This document shows, piece by piece, positions 59,633-64,000 of a stretch of 64,000 bases of DNA (positions within the stretch are counted from its first letter, which is position 1; each line of letters starts with the position of its first letter). The notes beneath the pieces were generated by a model. That model was not told where the DNA came from, searched no databases, and worked only from the letters and a program-made list of their open reading frames with translations. The position numbers were made by a program, and so were the translations under genes. Source of the stretch: Flectonema sp. DT1601 (taxonomy: Eukaryota). The DNA is taken from contig OZ025788.1 in the NCBI GenBank assembly GCA_964019425.1, positions 744,001-808,000 on the forward strand. The letters are read 5' to 3'.

Positions 59633-61981
59633 CTAAAATATGAATTCCTCCACATTAAGATTCGGCTTAGAGTGAGAGTCGTTTACTAAATTGATTTGCA
59701 CGGGCAGTTTATCAAACGACGGAGTTTTTGGTGACTTACCCGGTCTTCGGACAGTGCAAGTGAAGAGACCAGTTGATTTTTTAAAGGTGTGCTTTTTTGG
59801 ATTCGTCGCAAGCCGACTAAAAGAGGGAAGACTCTGGTACGAAGGCGAGTCAAAATGTGAAACATTAGTCACAGGAACACTCTCCCCACAATCAAATACA
59901 TCCGAAGATGGTTGCCTTTGGAAGATATTTTGTTTTTCTTGGAATCTTTTTGGAAATTCAGCTTCTCTTTCTTCTGGAGAAACTGGTGGAGATATCACAA
60001 AATTCCTTTGAGGTGAAGACATCTTGACACTGCTATCAAATGTAGTGCAATAGTCTACTGATGATTGAGATTTCTCATTATGTTGCTTCCGTTGATGATC
60101 GTCCAAACGATCTTCTGCGTACCTCAGAACGTCGTCACAATAACAGATGAAGTCGTCATCTTCAAAGATATCAACAATGTCGTTATTCTTACCTATCCGA
60201 CTGAGCCGAGAGAAGTGAAGAGATCGAAAGTTACACATCGACCTGAAAGCATCCAGTTCGATTCCTATCCGCTGAATCGTTTCATCATAGATTTCTGGTC
60301 TTTGGGTAAGAGAACCTTGTTTTTTGAGTTTCCCAGAGCGAAGTCGTTGTAGTTTTTGCTGAGAATGTCTTTTTTCATCAATCGCTGTTGCGGTTTCAAT
60401 TAGTTCTGTTATTCGATGGTGAAATAGTTTCTCTGACTTCTTCAAACGAGAATGTGATCGTGTCTGTCTTACAGAATCACGTAGTTCAAGAAACTGACAC
60501 TTTTTGATTAAGAATGTATTCTCCTCCTCCATGATGATGCTAACGCGATTTTGAGACTCCAATGTGGTCAACGATACGTTCATAGAAGACAATTGTGTCT
60601 GAGTATGAGATACCGAGTCTACATTAAAGGGTTCTAATGAAAAATGCGTAAAATTGGTTTGAGCGCGAGATTGCTGAGTTGAATTGTGTGTTGTTTTTGT
60701 TTGACTTTCTGACGTCGTAGTTTCCGTAATACTGTTTTCATATGGAAGGAGACCCCCAAAGTTGTGAAATACTTTTCCGTCTTCACTCCTTTGATTTAAA
60801 GGTTTCTTATAATTAACATGGCTACCTTCGTGGTATTGATTGATTTTATTATGACTGAGACTTCTTTCTAAATAAGAAATATTTTGATATTCTTGAAAGT
60901 AATCCATTTGATCAACTTCAACTCGAAGCCGACAAGAGTGCTCCTGCGCTTCAAGAAGTGGAATAAAAGATTCCTCATTAGGTTGCTTTAATGGATTAGA
61001 GTGTTTTATAATTGGATTGATATCAACAGGTGTTGGGGGTGGAGGTGATGCAAAAGTTTGCTTATGAACAGTACTTGAATTTTCAATAGTTGGAAATGAT
61101 TTAGAGCTACTGTACGCTCGATTTACCATTCTCTGTTGCCGTTGCTGCTGCTGCTGTTGCTGCGCATGTCGAAGTTTGTTTCTCTCTCCAGGTTTTGGAA
61201 CGTTGTCTTCTATCCCAAAAATCCCGTCAAGAAACTTTTCATTTCGATGTTCCCGTTCTTCCGTTAAGTTTTCTATAAAAAATTCATCATCATCTTGTCT
61301 AAATATTCTAATTAAGTCGACTATGTACCTCAAATCAACAAACTTTGCATATCCATGACAGTGATATGGAGTCTCAAATACTAAGTCAGGTATGTCTACC
61401 GGAACATGCAACCGAACTTGTAATTGTGGATCGCTATCAGGATCGTCTTCAGTACAAACCATCTTTAACCAGATTCCGGTAATGTTTTTAATTTCAACTC
61501 TCCTTTGAACTATTTCAGATACACGCATCTGAGTCACATCCATTATATATAAAAAACCATCTTTTGTAATACAGATTTGTCTTTTTGACCTGCTGTTGCC
61601 GCTGCTGTGTGAGAAGACCATTCCGAAGGTACCTACTATTGCTCCAGGTGGTGCGACTCTAATAGTTCGAAAGACTGGTATTCTCTCAATCAAATCAAGA
61701 GGTACTTGTTGTACAGCATCTGGTTTGGGCCAACATTTTTTACTGTCTTCCCTAACCACAAGAGAGTCCATTCTTTTGATGACTACTTGCATTCTAGAAC
61801 CTTCACCCAGAACGTCTACCACATAGCAGCGATACCACCTGCCATCGGGACCTTTGACCTGAATACTCTCCCCATATTTTGATTCTTTAAGTTCTAGTAG
61901 TTCACCCTTAATCATCTTCCGTAGATTTAGTACGACAGACGGTGATAATATGGTTCCTATGATTTTTTTTAGGGTCCCCAT
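59633..61981 (-). CDS. Hypothetical protein, 782 aa, with possible PH-like N-terminal region, poly-Q and disordered C-terminus
   Basis: Long ORF; KRQICITKDGFLYIMD...VQRRVEIKNITGI resembles PH-fold strands; contains QQQQQQQRQQ. Confidence 0.75.
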   Translation of the reverse strand: MGTLKKIIGTILSPSVVLNLRKMIKGELLELKESKYGESIQVKGPDGRWYRCYVVDVLGEGSRMQVVIKRMDSLVVREDSKKCWPKPDAVQQVPLDLIERIPVFRTIRVAPPGAIVGTFGMVFSHSSGNSRSKRQICITKDGFLYIMDVTQMRVSEIVQRRVEIKNITGIWLKMVCTEDDPDSDPQLQVRLHVPVDIPDLVFETPYHCHGYAKFVDLRYIVDLIRIFRQDDDEFFIENLTEEREHRNEKFLDGIFGIEDNVPKPGERNKLRHAQQQQQQQRQQRMVNRAYSSSKSFPTIENSSTVHKQTFASPPPPTPVDINPIIKHSNPLKQPNEESFIPLLEAQEHSCRLRVEVDQMDYFQEYQNISYLERSLSHNKINQYHEGSHVNYKKPLNQRSEDGKVFHNFGGLLPYENSITETTTSESQTKTTHNSTQQSRAQTNFTHFSLEPFNVDSVSHTQTQLSSMNVSLTTLESQNRVSIIMEEENTFLIKKCQFLELRDSVRQTRSHSRLKKSEKLFHHRITELIETATAIDEKRHSQQKLQRLRSGKLKKQGSLTQRPEIYDETIQRIGIELDAFRSMCNFRSLHFSRLSRIGKNNDIVDIFEDDDFICYCDDVLRYAEDRLDDHQRKQHNEKSQSSVDYCTTFDSSVKMSSPQRNFVISPPVSPEEREAEFPKRFQEKQNIFQRQPSSDVFDCGESVPVTNVSHFDSPSYQSLPSFSRLATNPKKHTFKKSTGLFTCTVRRPGKSPKTPSFDKLPVQINLVNDSHSKPNLNVEEFIF

Positions 61982-62135
61982 ATTGGTGGAATTCTGTTGG
62001 GAGTAAAAAAAATGATAATATTAATAATACCGAGAGAGTTCTCATAAATATGTTTTCTGTGACTGATGCACATCAGAGCAAGAATATTGAGATTTATGGA
62101 TAAAGTTTTATAAAAATCAGACAATAATAATGTCG

Positions 62136-63515
62136 TCATCTCCCTTCACCCCAGCTCATCATGATCCGAACTCTCCATCTCCAAAATAATAAACATTCTC
62201 GTATGACGTGGGCTGGGCTTTGGAACATTTCTTTCCAGGCTGAAAAAACATTTCTTTGCAAGGTAGCTAACAGGACTGCATCATTTCTGACATTTTCTAA
62301 GTGCAATAGAACTGAAGGGACATTGTCCTCTCGTATTAGAATAGAAAATGCCGTCCAATTTGCCCAACCCTGCAGTGGAAGAACAGACGCATCATTTGCT
62401 ATCACGGGAATGCATCCGCCTGCCATTGCTTTTAGCAGAAAGCTTGAGTGTATAGCAAACGAAGATCCTCTTGTGACCAGACAAAAAATAGCTTTTTGAA
62501 CATCACCGCCTTTACCTACGAGAACTGATTGTTCTTTTGCAAGTTCTCTAAAAGCAGATATTCTCTTTGATTGAATTAGTAATAAATAATCTCTTCTTGA
62601 ACTGTTGGTGAATTCAGAAGTAGAATTAACAGTATTTAGTAACTGAGGTATCAAAGGAATGGACGTGTCAAACCAGTCGACGAAGTGAGACGCTTCAAAG
62701 TTTGATCTCATTAGCATCATAAAACTCGGATCAAAGTAAAGTTTTTCACGAGTCATTAGCGTATCAGAAACCTCCCAAGCCATGTGTGCGAGACCAATAT
62801 AACTTGTTGCTAATATTCTTTGTGAAAGCCATCCATGTGGAGACAGCATTGGTAGTAATTTCTGAAGAGATTTGCTAGCTAATTGTCCAATCCAATTAGT
62901 GTTGTCCCAACCTGAGAAGTCGAGTAGTGGAAGAAGAACACAGCAGTCGTCAACCGATTGCGACACAAATGGTTTTATAATATCAAAATCAAAACTTTTT
63001 ATTACAGATTCATAATGCTGACTTCGAACTGTTTTTTCAGTTCTTAATTTCTGAAATCGAATTGGTTTTGCGAGGGTACTTTTCATTATTTTAAAATTAT
63101 TTTCACAACCAGCCTTTAGAAGCATACATTTCTCTCTGTGAACTCCAGAACAAATAACTCTAAAGGGGATAGGTCTCCTTTTAGAAATAGAAACAGCCCC
63201 ATTCAAGGCTACTACTGGCTGCTGCTCTTCAAATGACGAAAGGGCTGCAGAATGTGATAAAACAGAACGGATCCCAGAAGTTAATACACTTCCATACGGT
63301 GATAAGTCAGGCCTTACATGTTTTGCCGTGTTTTCATACCTACATATATCCCACCACGCACTAGCTTGTCGTACGGGTTCGTGTTTGCTACGGGTTCGTT
63401 CTTTACTTGATTTCCCTTCAGCACTCCCAGTACCGATCTCGTAATTCCATCCTACTAATAACTGAAGACAAATTACTACCAACAGACAACCTCCCAATTG
63501 AATCCTCGTCAGCAT
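62136..63515 (-). CDS. Exostosin-family (GT47) glycosyltransferase-like type II membrane protein, 459 aa
   Basis: N-terminal TM; AIFCLVTRG...FLLKAMAGGCIPVIA....LPLQGWANW resembles the exostosin FCLxPRG...EA....CxPV...LPF...DW motif. Confidence 0.8.
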   Translation of the reverse strand: MLTRIQLGGCLLVVICLQLLVGWNYEIGTGSAEGKSSKERTRSKHEPVRQASAWWDICRYENTAKHVRPDLSPYGSVLTSGIRSVLSHSAALSSFEEQQPVVALNGAVSISKRRPIPFRVICSGVHREKCMLLKAGCENNFKIMKSTLAKPIRFQKLRTEKTVRSQHYESVIKSFDFDIIKPFVSQSVDDCCVLLPLLDFSGWDNTNWIGQLASKSLQKLLPMLSPHGWLSQRILATSYIGLAHMAWEVSDTLMTREKLYFDPSFMMLMRSNFEASHFVDWFDTSIPLIPQLLNTVNSTSEFTNSSRRDYLLLIQSKRISAFRELAKEQSVLVGKGGDVQKAIFCLVTRGSSFAIHSSFLLKAMAGGCIPVIANDASVLPLQGWANWTAFSILIREDNVPSVLLHLENVRNDAVLLATLQRNVFSAWKEMFQSPAHVIRECLLFWRWRVRIMMSWGEGR

Positions 63516-63602
63516 TCATTACTCAGTGTGTCTGTAAGAATAATAGATATAATCTTTTGTCTTATCTGGTTGGGGAATTTCCCAATCTTAACGACAACAA
63601 GT

Positions 63603-63946
63603 GTCTTTGAATAGCAGAGCAAGACAGAACGCGATATGATTGTCGCAAAACCATCTTTGGTATGCCTTCATTTATCTACTGGAAAACTTCTCAAACACAT
63701 GGCGAAAGTCAAATCTTCACTCAAAACACACAGATATCGGTCTATAAGGGGGCGTCATGTTGGGTGCGAATATCACCCAAAAAAAAAAAAAATAAAAGAA
63801 AGCGCAATATGCTTGTTTATCATTTCATTTTAAAAAAGAGCTTTTCCGAACAATATGGATGGAAATCGGAATAGCAGTCTTTGAATAGCAGAGCAAGACA
63901 GAACGCGATGTGATTGTCGCAAAACATCTTTGGTTTGCCTTCATTT
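63603..63946. repeat. ~70-bp direct repeat (63603-63673 and 63877-63946)
   Basis: gtctttgaatagcagagcaagacagaacgcgat.tgattgtcgcaaaac...gccttcattt occurs twice. Confidence 0.85.
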
Positions 63947-64000
63947 GAAATTTTGGAGGGAAATGAGATTGCAGTCAGATAATAAATCTGACAAAGGGAT

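Noticed and set aside
5282..62499. Short plus-strand or alternate-frame ORFs nested inside long genes
   Set aside because: They are antisense or frame shadows of real CDSs with no independent motifs.

Overview
AT-rich eukaryotic genomic DNA with long poly(A)/poly(T) tracts. About 20 protein-coding genes all lie head-to-tail on the minus strand. Most are intronless, a few have short GT-AG introns, and several have a pyrimidine tract plus AG just upstream of the ATG. This layout suggests a polycistronic, SL trans-spliced euglenozoan that retains cis introns, probably a diplonemid (inference). Recognisable genes: two CCCH zinc-finger proteins, VWA8, MMACHC/CblC, a tandemly duplicated G8/beta-helix receptor-like MEKK kinase, a His-rich microprotein, a cupin, a secreted GH-like protein, a multi-pass membrane protein, a GT60 GlcNAc transferase, a stand-alone dynein microtubule-binding stalk protein, a PfkB kinase, a 5-exon Cys-rich surface protein and an exostosin-like GT47. 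The most notable result is that three separate track ORFs plus one unlisted exon (40193-44635) splice in frame into one 1394-aa receptor: 2TM sensor, degenerate class III cyclase, intact MEKK-like kinase and PP2C pseudophosphatase. The ~6 kb duplication also shows divergence confined to one ectodomain patch, an inversion that rewrites the C-terminus and 3' UTR, and a tRNA-like B-box facing away from a structured U1-like element. All domain calls are by eye from motifs; no searches were run.
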